Shown: positions 26,321 to 38,616 of the stretch, piece after piece
How the letters are laid out: each line of letters begins with the position of its first letter
How positions within the stretch are numbered: position 1 is the stretch's first letter
Assembly: GCA_038087875.1 (NCBI GenBank)
Contig: CM075994.1
Location: 8,434,001 to 8,498,000, forward strand
DNA: 64,000 nucleotides
Direction: 5' to 3'
From: Malacoraja senta
Taxonomy: Eukaryota
Program-made: the position numbers and the translations under genes
The notes under the pieces: model-generated
Seen by the model: the letters and a program-made list of their open reading frames with translations, nothing else
What the model was told of the DNA's origin: nothing
Database searches by the model: none

Positions 26321-28571
26321 TCGTCACTTTACAAGTTTACTATGGTTACAACTATCGCTACTGACCAATAATTCTTTCTGAATTAATACCACTGATTTTT
26401 TGTAATTAACTTTTGTTTATTGTCCAATCAGAATTGTCCTTAAACCTGTCCCCACCCCCATCGTTCCCCAAACCGCCCCCCTCTTCTCTCCCCCCCACTT
26501 GCCCCCATCTCTCCACTTTGCCCCTCCCGGTTTCGCACCTATTTCTCCCCTCCCCCTCCCCTTCCACCTACATTCCTAGACAATTAACAGTTTAGTTTAG
26601 AGATACAGCGCAGAAACAGGCCCATCAGCGAGTCCGCACCGGTCAGCGATCCCCGCACACTAACTATCCTACACACTAGGGACAATGTATGATTACACCA
26701 AGCCAATTAACCTACAAACCTGCACATCTTTGGAGTGTGGGAGGAAACGAAGGGCCGAATGGCCTACTGCACCTATTGTCTATTGTCTATTGTCTATTAT
26801 TGAAACCAAAGATCCTGGAGAAAACCCACGTAGGTCATGGAGCGAATGTACAAACTCCGTACAGACAGCACCCGTAGTGAGGATCGAACCCGAGTCTCTG
26901 TTGCTGCAAGGCAGCAAGCCCAACGCTGCGCCACCAAGCCATACTATTCAATCCTTTTCTCTCGCACCTTTTTTTCAGCTCTGGCCTTTGTTCCAACAAT
27001 CTGTCTATCAAATACTCTCCCCCTCTTCCCCGTGTTCACCTATCACCCGCCAGGCGTTGCCATGCCTCTTCTCATCAGTTCAATTCACTGCTCGTACATC
27101 CTCTTCTCAATGTTAGAAACATCTTACCTCCGCTCAGCCCACCAGAGTTGTGAATCTGTGGAATTCTCTGCCACAGAAGGCGGGGGAGGACAATTCACTG
27201 GATGTTTTCAAGACAGAGTTAGATTTACCCCTTACGGCTAACGGAATCAAGGGATATGGGGAGAAAGCAGGAACGGTGTGCTGATTCTGAATCATCAGCC
27301 ATGATCATATTGACTGGCGGTGCTGGCTCGAAGGGCCGAATGGCCTACTCCTGCATCTATTTTCTATGTTTCTACAGTACATAATCCTCCAACATTTTCG
27401 TCACCAACGGGATCCCACCACTAACTACATCTTCAGATCTACACCCCTTTCTGCTTTCCACAGAGACCGTTCCCTACGCAACACCCTGATCAACTCGTCC
27501 CTTCCCACCCAAACCACCCCCTCCCCCGGTATTTTCCCAGCAACTACAGAAGATGTAAGACTTGTCCCTACACCTCCTCCGTCGAGTCTGTCCAAGGACC
27601 CCGACAGTCTTTCCAGGTGAGGCAGAGGTTCATCTGCCCCTCCTCCAACCTCATCTACTGTATCCGCTGTTCCAGGTGTGGACTCCTGTACATCGGCGAA
27701 ACCAAGCGCAGGCTTGGCGATCATTTCGCTGAACACCTCCGCTCAGTCCGCCTAGACCTACCTGATCTCCCGGTTGCTCAGCACTTCTACTCCCCCTCTC
27801 ATTCCCACACTGACCTTTCTATCCTGGGCCTCCTCCACTGTCAGAGTGAGGCCCAGCACTAATTTGAGGAACAGAACCTCATATTTCGCTTGGGCAGCTT
27901 ACACCCCAGCGGTATGAACATCTAACTTCAAGTAACCCTTGCTTTCCCTCTCCGAGATCTTCGGATTCCTCCCACACTCCACACTCGTAACGGTTTGCAG
28001 GTTAATTGTCTTGGTATAAATCGAAATTGTCCCTAGTATGTGTAGGATAGAGTTAGTGCGCGGTCGATAGGATCTCGGTGGGCCGAAGAGCCTGTTTCCG
28101 CACTGTATCTCTAAACTAAACTAAACTTTCATGAGTCATCGGTGCTGGCTCTGCTTTGTTCTGTACCTTCCCATATCTCTGTGTCTCCCTCTCCCCTGAC
28201 TCTCAGTCTGAAGGAGGGTCTCGACCCGAAACGTCACCTATTCCTTCCCTCCAGAGATGCTGCCTGTCCTGCTGAGTTGCTGTGTCACTGAAGACTGTTC
28301 CTACATTTGAGCGTTTAGCAGCACTGGCCCTGGAGTTTAGAAGAATGAGGGGGGGACCTCATTGAAACTTACCAAATAGTGAAATACTTTGAAAGAGTGG
28401 ATGTGGAGAGGATGTTTCCACTAGTGGGAGAGTCTAGGACTAGAAGTCACAGCCTCAGAATATAAGGACATTCGTTTGGGAAGGAGATGAGGGGGAATTC
28501 CTTTATTTAGAGGATGGTGAATCTGTGGAATTCTTTGCCACAGTCGACCGTGGAGGCCGTCAGTGGATATT

Positions 28572-28576
<5 letters not shown>

Positions 28577-28602
<26 letters not shown>

Positions 28603-29415
28603 GATTTTATTTATATAGCGCTTTTCAGGACTCAAAGTCGCTTTACATTGAGAGTCAAGAATAAACAATACAAAATAGAGCAGTAAGACAGAGATGCAAA
28701 GGGGAGGGGAACATGGGACTAAGGGTATGCGGAGGTGAAGAGATGGGTCTTGAGGCGGGACTGGAGGATGGTGAGGGACTCAGAATTTCGGATCAATTGT
28801 GGGAGGGAGTTCCAAAGCCTGGGAGCTGCACTGGAGAAGGCTCTGTCTCCAAAAGTGCAGAGGTTGGATTTCGGAATGGAGAGGAGACCGGCTGATGTGG
28901 ATCTGAGGGACCGTGAGGGTTGGTAGGGGGAGAGGAGGTCAGTGAGATAAGGGGGGGGCAAGTGGTTGAGGGCTTTGTAGGTGAGGACCAGGCTTTTGTA
29001 GATGATCCGGTGGGAAATGGGAAGCCAGTGACGTTCTTTGAGAACTGGGGTGATGTGGTGCCAGGATTTGGTGTGGGTGATGAGTCGGGCGGCTGCATTC
29101 TGGACCAGTTGGAGTCGGTTGATGTTGCTGGAATTAATGCCAAAGAGAAGAGAGTTCCAGTAGTCCAATCGGGAGGAGATGAAGGCATGGGTGAGACTTT
29201 CAGCAGCGGGGGTTGTGAGAAAGGGTCTGATTTTGGCAATGTTGCGGAGGTGAAAAAATGATGTTTTGGCAACATGGCGGATGTGAGGCTCAAGGGAGAT
29301 GGTTGAGTCAAAGATCGCGCCAAGGTTGCGGGCCTGAGGAGATGGGGAGACAGTGGTGCCGTCAATAGTGAGAGTGGGGTTGTTAATTTTGGTAAGTGTT
29401 GAGTTGGAGCCAATG
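28577..29415 (-). mobile_element. L2-clade LINE 3' fragment
   Basis: DY.NSLL...LQLVQNAAARL...HITPVL...HWLPI motifs; (TAA)n tail at 28575-28601. Confidence 0.9.
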
Positions 29416-29887
29416 AGAAGAATGAGGGGGGGACCCTCATTGAAACTTACCGAATAGTGAAAGGCTTGGATAGAGTGGATGTGGAGAGGATGTTTCCACT
29501 AGTGGGAGAGTCTAGGACTAGAAGTCAGAGCCTCAGAATATAAGGACATTCTTTTAGCAAGGAGACGAGGAGGAATTTCTTTATTTAGAGGATGGTGAAT
29601 CTGTGGAATTCTTTGCCACAGAAGGCTGTGGAGGCCGTCAGTGGATATTTATAAGGCAGAGATAGATAGATTCTTGATTAGTACGGATGTCAGAGGTTAT
29701 GGGGAGAAGGCAGGAGAATGGGATTGAGAGGGAGAGATGGATCAGCCATGATTGAATGGCGGAGTGGACTTGATGGGCCGAATGGTCTAATTCTGCTCCT
29801 TGTCACTTATGACCTCATGACCCGCTGAGTGACTCCAGCATTTTGTGTCTATCTTTGCCGTCTATTCATTGACGCCATTTCCTCCAG

Positions 29888-30091
29888 GCGATGTGATGGG
29901 AGATACGGTGGAGAATTCCCTGGATGCGGAAGGCATCGATAAGCTCATCAATTTACCAACGGGATGCGTAGAGCAGACGTCTATAATGATGGCGCCTGCT
30001 GTCTACGCCATCAGGTACCTGGACAAGAGCGAGCAGTGGATCTCGCTGAAGCCTGAACGGAAGGACGAGGCGCTGCAATTCATCGAGTCAG
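29888..30091 (+). CDS. C4: C4 thioester exon (~E24): ...LINLPTGCVEQTSIMMAPAVYAIRYLDKSEQWISLKPERKDEALQFIES
   Basis: ctccag| acceptor, G|gtgggc donor; CxEQ thioester motif at 29965-29976; RYLDxxEQW motif. Confidence 0.96.
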
Positions 30092-30841
30092 GTGGGCACG
30101 ACTTTTAATGGCTCCCCTTCTCAAGCCTCACCACTCATTATCACAGTCGTGGAGTCACAGGCCACACAAACAGACCCCGCCGGCCGGGCTGGTCCGCGCC
30201 CACCACAATGTTCCCCAAGAGAGAGCGTGCTGTCAACAATGTAGTAAATGAGACCAAAAACCATCTTTATAAAAAAAATTAAAAAACATTCACTTATATA
30301 TTTAAATAGATAAATAAATAAACAAATAGATAAATAGACAAATAAACAAGCAGGCAGATAAATAGGTAGATAAATAAATAACTAGATAAATATATACACG
30401 CACACACACACATACACACACAGACACACACAGAGACACTCAGACACAGACACACACACACTTACACATAAACATACACACCTCTATATATTTAAATAGA
30501 CAGACACAGACAGAGAGACAGACACATAGATACACAGACACAGACAAACACACGCAAGGGTCTGAATATTTAATCAACGTTATTCCCTGCATCTAATGCT
30601 TGCATCCATGGCAAATCTGTCAGCATCGTGGCTGTGATTTTGACACAAATGACGAAGGGTCCAGACACGAAACATCACCCATTCCTTCTCTCCAGAGATG
30701 TTGCCTGTACCCGCGTAGTTACTGGACCAGATCTATCTTTGGTTTAACCGAGCGTCTGCAGTTCCTTCCAGCACACTGAAGGAGCTGATGTTTACTGTAT
30801 GTCTTGGGCTGCCTTCCTCACATCCAGTGTCTCGTTCACAG

Positions 30842-30896
30842 GCTACACGAGGCTCGTACAATTTAAAAGGCCGGATGGTTCTTACGGCAGCACCTG
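30842..30896 (+). CDS. C4: C4 exon (~E25), shortened: GYTRLVQFKRPDGSYGSTW
   Basis: cacag| acceptor, TG|gtaggt donor; phase 1-2; DGSY and STW motifs. Confidence 0.92.
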
Positions 30897-30934
30897 GTAG
30901 GTTTGAGTTGTCATGGGAACGGTTTTTACCCTAA

Positions 30935-31145
30935 TGGTCCTGTCCCACTTGGGCGTCATTTGCGCGTCATGCAGGTGGCGCGCGAGGATTTTGAGAATCC
31001 CCAAACCCTGGGGCGCCACGTGCGACAGCGCGTCACTGCCTACGCCACCACATCTCACCACATGCCATGCGCGCGTTGTGCATTGTGACGCGTAAATTAT
31101 GTCGCGTGAATGACACGCAAATAACGCCCAAGTGGGACAGGCCCT
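30935..31145. mobile_element. Harbinger-type MITE
   Basis: ~35-bp TIRs GTCCTGTCCCACTTGGGCGTCATTTGCG / CGCAAATAACGCCCAAGTGGGACAGGCC; flanks TAA/TGA. Confidence 0.8.
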
Positions 31146-32174
31146 TGAGAAACATAGAAACAAAGAAATTGGCCCTCCGATCCTGCACTGCCATTCATTG
31201 TGATCATGGCTGATCATCGACAATCAGCAACCCATGCCTGCTTTCTCTCCATACCCCTTGATTCCTAGCCCCTAGAGCTCTATCTAACTCTCTTGAATAC
31301 ATCCAGTGAATTGGCCTCCACTGCCTTCTGTGGCAGGGAATTCCACAAATACACAATTTTTTTCTCATCTCAGTTTTAAGTGGCCTTCCCTTTATTTTTA
31401 GACTGTGGCCCCTGGTTCTGGAGTTTAAACTTTTTAAAAGTTTATACTTTTGTTGCGTGCTATCCAGTCAGCGGAAAGACTATACATGATTACAATCGAG
31501 CCGTCCACAGTGCACAGATACATTATAACGGAATAAGGTTTAGTGCAAGGTAAAGCCAGTAAAAAGCAGCCCTGAACGACTATCTACCTCATTGGATACC
31601 CCCGGCCTATCTGATTGGACTTTACAGGTTTTATCTTGCATTGAACATTATTCAACGTTTTGTTTAAGAAGGAACTGCAGATGCTGGAAAATCAAAGGTA
31701 GACAAAAATGCTGGAGAAACTCAGCGGGTGAGGCAGCATCTATGGAGCAATGGAAATAGGCAACATTTCGGGTTGAAACCCTTCTTCAGACGTTGTTCAA
31801 CGTTATTCCCTGCATAGCCTTTCCGCTGTATGAACCAGCAGAAATACTACATAGGGAAGTACCAGATTACCTAATTTCAGGTAATCCTTACTTTCTCCTC
31901 CCCTTCTCAGCTCTCCCCCAGCCCACGGTATTCACCTCTTCCTTTCTTCCTCCCGCCTCCCCCCCCTCCCCCTCAACCCACACAGTCTGCAGAAGGGTCT
32001 CGACCTGCCTATTGCCTATTTCCTTCGCTCCATAGATGCTGCCTCACCCGCTGAGTTTCTCCAGCATTTGTGTCTACCTAGTCTTCCCGCTGACTGGTTA
32101 GCACGCAAAAAAAGCTTTTGACTGTACCTCGGTACACGTGACAATAAACTAATCCCAAGTCTCGGTCTCAGCCT

Positions 32175-32202
32175 CTGAAGAAGGGTCTCGACCCGAAACG
32201 TC
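32175..32202 (+). ncRNA. Putative minimal type I hammerhead ribozyme (PLE-associated), best-preserved copy
   Basis: CTGAAGA-A-GGGT(CTCG)ACCC-GAAA-C-GTC: core CUGANGA and GAAA, 4-bp stem II, palindromic ACGT in place of stem III, GUC triplet. Confidence 0.65.
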
Positions 32203-32343
32203 ACCCATTCCTTCTCTCCGGAGATGCTGCCTGTCCCGCTGAGTTGCTCCAGTATTTTGGTGTCAGTCTTCGGTTTTAAACCAGCATCTGCAGTTCCTTC
32301 CTTTCTCCAGCTCGAAAAACCTTTTGGTGTTCCACTTGTGCAG

Positions 32344-32500
32344 GTTAACAGCATTTATCGCTAAGATATTCTCAACTGTTCGCAATCATATCCAGATCGA
32401 GCATGAATACGTTCAGCGAGCTGTCTTGTACGTTATGGGATGGCAGAAGGAGCCTGGATACTTTGTTGATGACCAACCGATGTGGCATATGGATGTGAAG
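32344..32500 (+). CDS. C4: C4 exon (~E26), isotype/catalytic region: WLTAFIAKIFS...GYFVDDQPMWHMDVK
   Basis: tgcag| acceptor, AAG|gttgta donor; 157 nt; WLTAF motif; His codon at 32486-32488. Confidence 0.93.
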
Positions 32501-33568
32501 GTTGTATAAGCCTGCCGTTCTTTATCCGTCTGTCGCTGTAGAGAGTCATAGAGTGATACAGCATGATAACAGGCCCTTCAGCCCAACATTCCTACCCCGG
32601 CCAACAATGTCCCAGCTGCACTAGTCCCACCTGCCTGCGCTTGGCCCATATCCCTCCAAACCTGTCCTATCCATTGTATAAGGCGTTGGTGCAACTGCAT
32701 TTAGAATATTATGCCAATTCAAAACGAGTTGGTCTCCAGTTGTCGTCTTTTTTTAATCATATGGTGCAACACAATTGTAAAAGCTAACTCGTGACTGGGT
32801 GAGGGATGGTCAAGATTATAAATAAGATCTCATCAGTTCTTTTTCTTTTTCTTCCTTTCTTTTTTTCTTCTATTCTCTTTTTCTTATTTGTTTTATTCTT
32901 TAACTTCTTTAACTTTCTATTTTTCTTTTCCACGCACTATATATCTCACATTTTTCTATACTTCGTTATCTAATTTCTTTTTCTTTTTCTTCTTTATTAT
33001 ATATTTTTTTTAAATAAGAAGTTGTACATAAAATGTATTATGAAAATATGAGTGTATACAATTGTACTTACTTCTAATAATAATAAAAATAAAAACATAA
33101 AAATAATATTGTGTTCAGTTCTGGGCGCCATGTTACAGGAAAGATATTGTCAAGCTTGAAAGGGTTCATGGAATATCTTGTCTGTGTATGTGACAAATAA
33201 AGTTGACGACCCTCTGTGTGAAAAAGTTACCCCTCAGATTCCTATTCAATCTTTTCCCCTTCACCTCAAACCTATGTCATCTCGTCCTCGATTCCCCTAC
33301 TCTGGGCAAGAGACTCTGCATCCACCTGATCTATTCCTCTCATGATTTTATACACCTCTATAAGATCACGCCTCATCCTCCTGCGCTCCAAGGAATAGAG
33401 ACACAGCCTGTCCAACCTTTCTCCTGTTATCAATCTCACTGCATTCAGCAGAGGCCGCACTTCAGTTACAGTTTAGTTAATTGCCCCGTGTAAAGGCGGG
33501 TGGAATCGCTGGCCGGTTAGCGTGCAACAAAAGCTTTTCACTATACCTCGTTACCTCCCGCACACTAA

Positions 33569-33958
33569 AGGGCCTGTTCAACGTGGGTGACCTAATTGGC
33601 GCGTTTAGAAGAGTTTTGAAAAAAAAATCATGTTGAAGACCTCCTTCGACTTTGTAGAAGACACCCTTCGATCTACGACTAACATGCCGACCTACTTCGA
33701 CCTACTACAACTAAACTTACGAGTAAAAAAAGTATAGTTTTTTCCATGGCGATCTTTTTTTACTCGCGGGCATTTTTTTACATATTGAAAAAAAACGGCG
33801 CGACCTAGCTGAGGCCTCGAGTACACGAAGACCACTCTAGAGCACGAAGGAGAGTTACGAAGACCTTCTACGACCTTGTGTCGACCATGCTGCGAGTATG
33901 AGTCGAGGGCAAACTCGCCAGAACTGGCCAATTAGGTCGCCCAAGTGGGGCAGGCCCT
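33569..33958. mobile_element. Harbinger-type MITE with TAA target-site duplication, inside a V-SINE
   Basis: TAA|AGGGCCTG ... CAGGCCCT|TAA; removing it restores SINE sequence CACACTAACACTATCC. Confidence 0.88.
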
Positions 33959-34060
33959 TAACACTATCCGACACACACTAGGGACAATTTACAATTATAC
34001 CAAGACAAATAACCTGCAAACCTGGACATCTTTGGATTCATGTCTTGATGTTTATTTTAG

Positions 34061-34171
34061 GGTGGAGTTTCCGGGGTGGAGAAGCAAGTTTCCTTGACTG
34101 CTTTTGTGATTATCTCGTTCGTAAATTCGTTGCCATCCTTCCAGGATAACGTACACGGGAAACGACAAGTG
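34061..34171 (+). CDS. C4: C4 exon (~E27): GGVSGVEKQVSLTAFVIISFVNSLPSFQDNVHGKRQV
   Basis: ttttag| acceptor, GTG|gtaagg donor; GG...SLTAFV motif. Confidence 0.94.
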
Positions 34172-35105
34172 GTAAGGCGTGACCCACGGCATTTACAGTA
34201 CCGTCTTCAGCTGCGGGCACCGTGTCAAAGGAAAGATGTAGTCAGGCTGGGAAGGGTGCGGAGAAGATAAGACCCAAAAAGCCGCGGTAACTCAGCGGGA
34301 CAAGGACCGTTTCTGGAGAGAAGGAATGGGTGAGGTTTCGGGTCGACACCACTTCTTCAGTCTGAGAGCCAGGGGAGCGGGAAAGTCTGCAGAAGGGTCT
34401 CGACACTCAGGGGCTGGTCAATATTGTGCGCAATTTTGGGCCCCAGATCTGAGGAAGGATGTGCTGGCTCCGGAGAGGTTCCAGAGGAGGGTTACAAGAA
34501 AGATCCCAGGAATGAGTGGGTTAACCTATGATGAGCGTTTGTCGGCACTGGGCCTGTACTCGCTGAAGTTTAGAAGAATGAGGGGGGGGCTCATTGAAAC
34601 ATACAGAATAGTGAAAGGCTTGGATGTGGAGCTATGGGGAGAGGTTGAGTAGGCTGGGTCTCTATTCCATGGAGCTCAAGAGGATGAGGGGTGATCTTAT
34701 AGAGGTGTCCAAAATCATGAGAGGAATAGATCGGGTAGATGCACAGAATCTCTTGCCCAGAATAGGGGAATCGAGAACCAGGGAACACACTGGCCAAAAT
34801 GTCCCAGCTACACTGCCAGCATTTGGCCCATATCCCTCCAAATCTGTCCTATCCATGTACCTGTACAAATGTTTCTTAAACGTTGGGTAGTCCCAGCCTC
34901 AACTGCCTCCTCTGGCAGCTTGTTCCATACACCCACCACCCTTTGTGTGAAAAAGTTACCCCTCATATTCCTATTAAATCTTTTCCCCTACACCTTGAAT
35001 CTATGTCCTCTGGTCCTCGATTCCCCTACTCTGGGCAAGAGACTCTGTGCATCTCTTCGATCTATTCCTAAACTAGTCTATTACTAAATTAAACTTTTCT
35101 TCCAG

Positions 35106-35274
35106 GAGCAAAGCATCAACAAGGCTGTGGATTTCCTCTCTAGCAAGGTTGAAGACATTAAGAGGCCTTACGCAATGGCCATCACCAGCTACGCTCTGGC
35201 CTTGGTGGATGGGACTAGTTCTATAGCAAAGATGGCTTACGAAAGACTGAAGGGTTTTGACACTTATGACAAAG
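35106..35274 (+). CDS. C4: C4 exon (~E28): EQSINKAVDFLSSKVEDIKRPYAMAITSYALALVDGTSSIAKMAYERLKGFDTYDK
   Basis: tccag| acceptor, G|gtaaag donor; AITxYAL motif. Confidence 0.94.
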
Positions 35275-38200
35275 GTAAAGACCCAAGTCCCATTCGAATC
35301 TCTTGCAGTGACATATTGTAAAGAGGGAGATATCTCATTGAAACATCAAGATTAATTCAAGGCCTGGATAGAGTGGACGTGGAGAGGAAATTTCCATAAG
35401 TGGGAGATCTAGGACCAGAGGGTACGGGCTCAGAATTAAAGGATGTACCTTTAGCGAGGAGATCCCGGGGAATCCCAGGCATCCACAGGGAGAACGTGCA
35501 AACTCCGCACACTCAGACGCAAGGAACTGCAGACGCTGGTTTACACGAGAAGGGGACAAAGTGGTGGAGTTACTCAGCGGGGACAGGCAGCATCGCTGGA
35601 GAACGTGTATCGGCGATGTTTCGAGGTGGACACCCCTCTTCAGTCTGAAGAAGGGTCCCGACGTGAAACGTCGCCTCTCCACGTTCTCCAGAGATGCTGG
35701 CTGCCCCGCTGAGAAACACCGTGCACCAACACACACCACCCGAGGTCACGATCGAACCACGGTCTCTGGCGCTGAGAGGCAGCAGTTCGACCAGATGTAA
35801 ATCTATGGGGATTTCATTGAAACTTAACGAATAGTGAAAGACCTGGATAGAGTGGATGTAGAGAGGTTTCCACTAGTGGGAGAGTCTAGGACCAGAGGTC
35901 ACAGCCTCAAAATTAAAGGACGTTGTTCCTTTAGGAAGGAGATGAGGAGGAATTTCTTTAGCCAGAATCTATGGAATTCACTGCCACAGACAGTGGAGGC
36001 CAAGTTATTGTTATTTTAACGTGGAGATTGACGGTTTATTGATTAAGAAGGGAATCAAAGGTTATGTGACGGTTGCAGGAGAATGGGGTTGAGAGGGAAT
36101 GATAGATCAGACATGATTGAATGGCGGAGTAGACTCGATGGGCCGAATGGCCTAATTCTGTTCCTATGTCTCATGATCCTATCTCGAAAACTGGGAAGCA
36201 TGGGTTCAGGGCAAAGAGGAAGAGGTTCAGAAGAGGAACAAGAAGAATCTTGTCAACCGGAAGGTTCAATTCAATACAATTCACTTCAATTTAATAACAC
36301 TTAATGTATATAGGAACAGTGAACTTCGTAGAAAGGAACTGCAGATGCTGGTTTACACCGAAGATAGACGCAAAAATCTGGAGTAACTCAGCGGGACAGG
36401 CAGCATCCCTGGAGAGAAGGAATGGGTGACGTTTCAGGTCTATCTCTTCTCTCCGGAGATGCTGCCTGCCCCGCTGAGTTACTCCAGCGTTTTGTGTCCA
36501 TCTACAGTGGACTTCTTTGTTTTTGCAGACAATACAGGTTCACAAATTATAGGAGTAGAGTTAGCCATTCGGCCCATCGAGCCCACTGCGCTATTCAATC
36601 ATGGCTGATCTCTGCCTCCTAATCCCATTTTCCTGCCTTTTCCCCATAACCCTTGACACCCGTTCTAATCAAGAATTTGTCTATCTGTGACTTAAAAATA
36701 TCCACTGACTTGGATTCCACAGCCCTCTGTGGCAATGAATTCCACAGATTCACCACCCTCTAACTAAAGAAGTTCCTCCTCAACTCCTTTCTAAAAGAGC
36801 GCCCTTTAATTCTGAGGCTGTGTCCTCTGGTCTTAGACTCTCCCACCAGTGGAAACATCCTCTCCACATCCACTCTATCCAGGCCCTTCATTATTCAGTA
36901 AGTTTCAATGAGGTCCCAGTGCTTCTAAACTCCAGCAAGTAGAGGCCCAGTGCCATCAAATGCTCATCATATGCTAACCCACTCATTCTTGGGATCAATC
37001 TTGTAAACCTCCTCTGGACCCTCTCCAGAGCCAGCACATCCTTCCTCAGATATGGTGCCCAAAATTGTTCACAATATTCCAAATGCGGCCTGACCAGCAC
37101 CTTATAGAGCCCCAGCATTACATCTCTGTTTTTGTATTCCAATCCTCTTGATATAAATACCAGCATTGAATTTGCCTTCCTTACTAGGTAAGTAAGTAAA
37201 ACTTGCAGATTAACTTTTTGGGAATCCTGCACCAGCACTCCCAAGTCTCTTTGCACCTCCGATTTCTGGATCTCTCTCCATTTAGAAAATAATCTATGCC
37301 ATTATTCCTACTACCAAAATGCATGACTCTGCACGTTGCCACACTGTATTCCGTCTGCCACTTCTCTGCCCACTCTCCCAACCTGTCCAAGTTCTTCTGC
37401 AGAGTCCCTGCTTCCTCGACACTACCTGCCTCTCCACCTATCTTCGCATCATCTGCAAACGTGGCCGCAAAGTCTTCAATCCCCTCGTCCAAATCATTAA
37501 TATACAACGTGCAGAGTAGCGGCCCCAGCACCGACCCTTGTGGAACTCCGCCAGTCACTGGCAGCCAACCGGAAAAATCCCCCTTTATTGCCACTCTTTG
37601 CCTTCTGCACAAAGTTCACAAAGAGTTGGCAAGTTTCTATCACCAATAAGGTTACAAAATACTCATTAGAGTTAGGGTAGTCCCTCTTCTCTTCATGGTG
37701 GGTGTACGGAATGAGCTACCAGAGGAGGCTGGGACTATTGCAATGTTTAAGAGACATTTAGACAGGTACATGGATAGGACACGTTTGGAGGGATATGGAC
37801 CATACGTGGGCAGGTGGGACTAGTGTAGCTGCAACATGTTGGCCGGTGTGGGCAAGTTGGGTCGCAGGGCCTGTTTCCGCGCTGTATCACTCTGTCACAC
37901 AACACCCGAGGCTGGAATCGAACCCGGGTCCGTGGCGTCGTGAGGCAGCAGCTCTACCAGTGTGCTTTTTGATCAGAAGAGTTTGGAGGGGGTTTGGGCC
38001 AAATGCGGGCAAGTGCGCCGAGCCCGGAATGGATGCCGTGGGCCGAAGGCCCCGTTTCAATGCTGTACAAATGCGGGCGGCCACGGTGGCGGAGCGGTAG
38101 AGTTGCTGCCTTGCAGCGCCGGAGACCCGGGTTCGATCCCAACTACTGGTGCTGTCTGTACGGAGTTTGCACATTCTCTCCATGACCGGCGTGGGTTTTC

Positions 38201-38419
38201 TCCGCGATCTTCGGTTTCCTCCCACACTCCATGTTTGTAGGTTAATTGGCTTTGGTTTGTATACTTGGTATAAGTGTAAATTGTCCCTAGTGTGTGTAGG
38301 CTTGTGTTAGTGTGCGGGGATCGCTGGACGGCGAAGACTCGGTGGGCCGAGGGGTCTGTTTGCGCGCTGTATCTCTAATCTAAACCCTTTAAATCTATGA
38401 CTTGTGAATGGTGGAGCAG

Positions 38420-38616
38420 AAACGGATACTCGACATTGGAAGATTGACCAGAAAACGTGGATAGGCGGAGCACGGAAGGCCTTCGCAGTCGAGGTGGAAG
38501 CCACGGCTTATGCACTCCTGGCCGCGGTCACTATGGAAGACCTCCAGTACGCCAACGCCATTGTAAGGTGGCTGACGGAACAGCGGAACTACGGCGGCGG
38601 ATTCCAATCCACGCAG
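38420..38616 (+). CDS. C4: C4 exon (~E29): ETDTRHWK...VEATAYALL...RWLTEQRNYGGGFQSTQ
   Basis: VEATAYALL and GGFxSTQ motifs; CAG|gtaggt donor; acceptor gagcag| fits the phase but has no pyrimidine tract. Confidence 0.9.

Noticed and set aside
30842..30896. C4 as a pseudogene because of the E25 deletion
   Set aside because: The deletion is in frame and all 21 exons keep open frames and GT-AG sites; exons outside the window cannot be judged.
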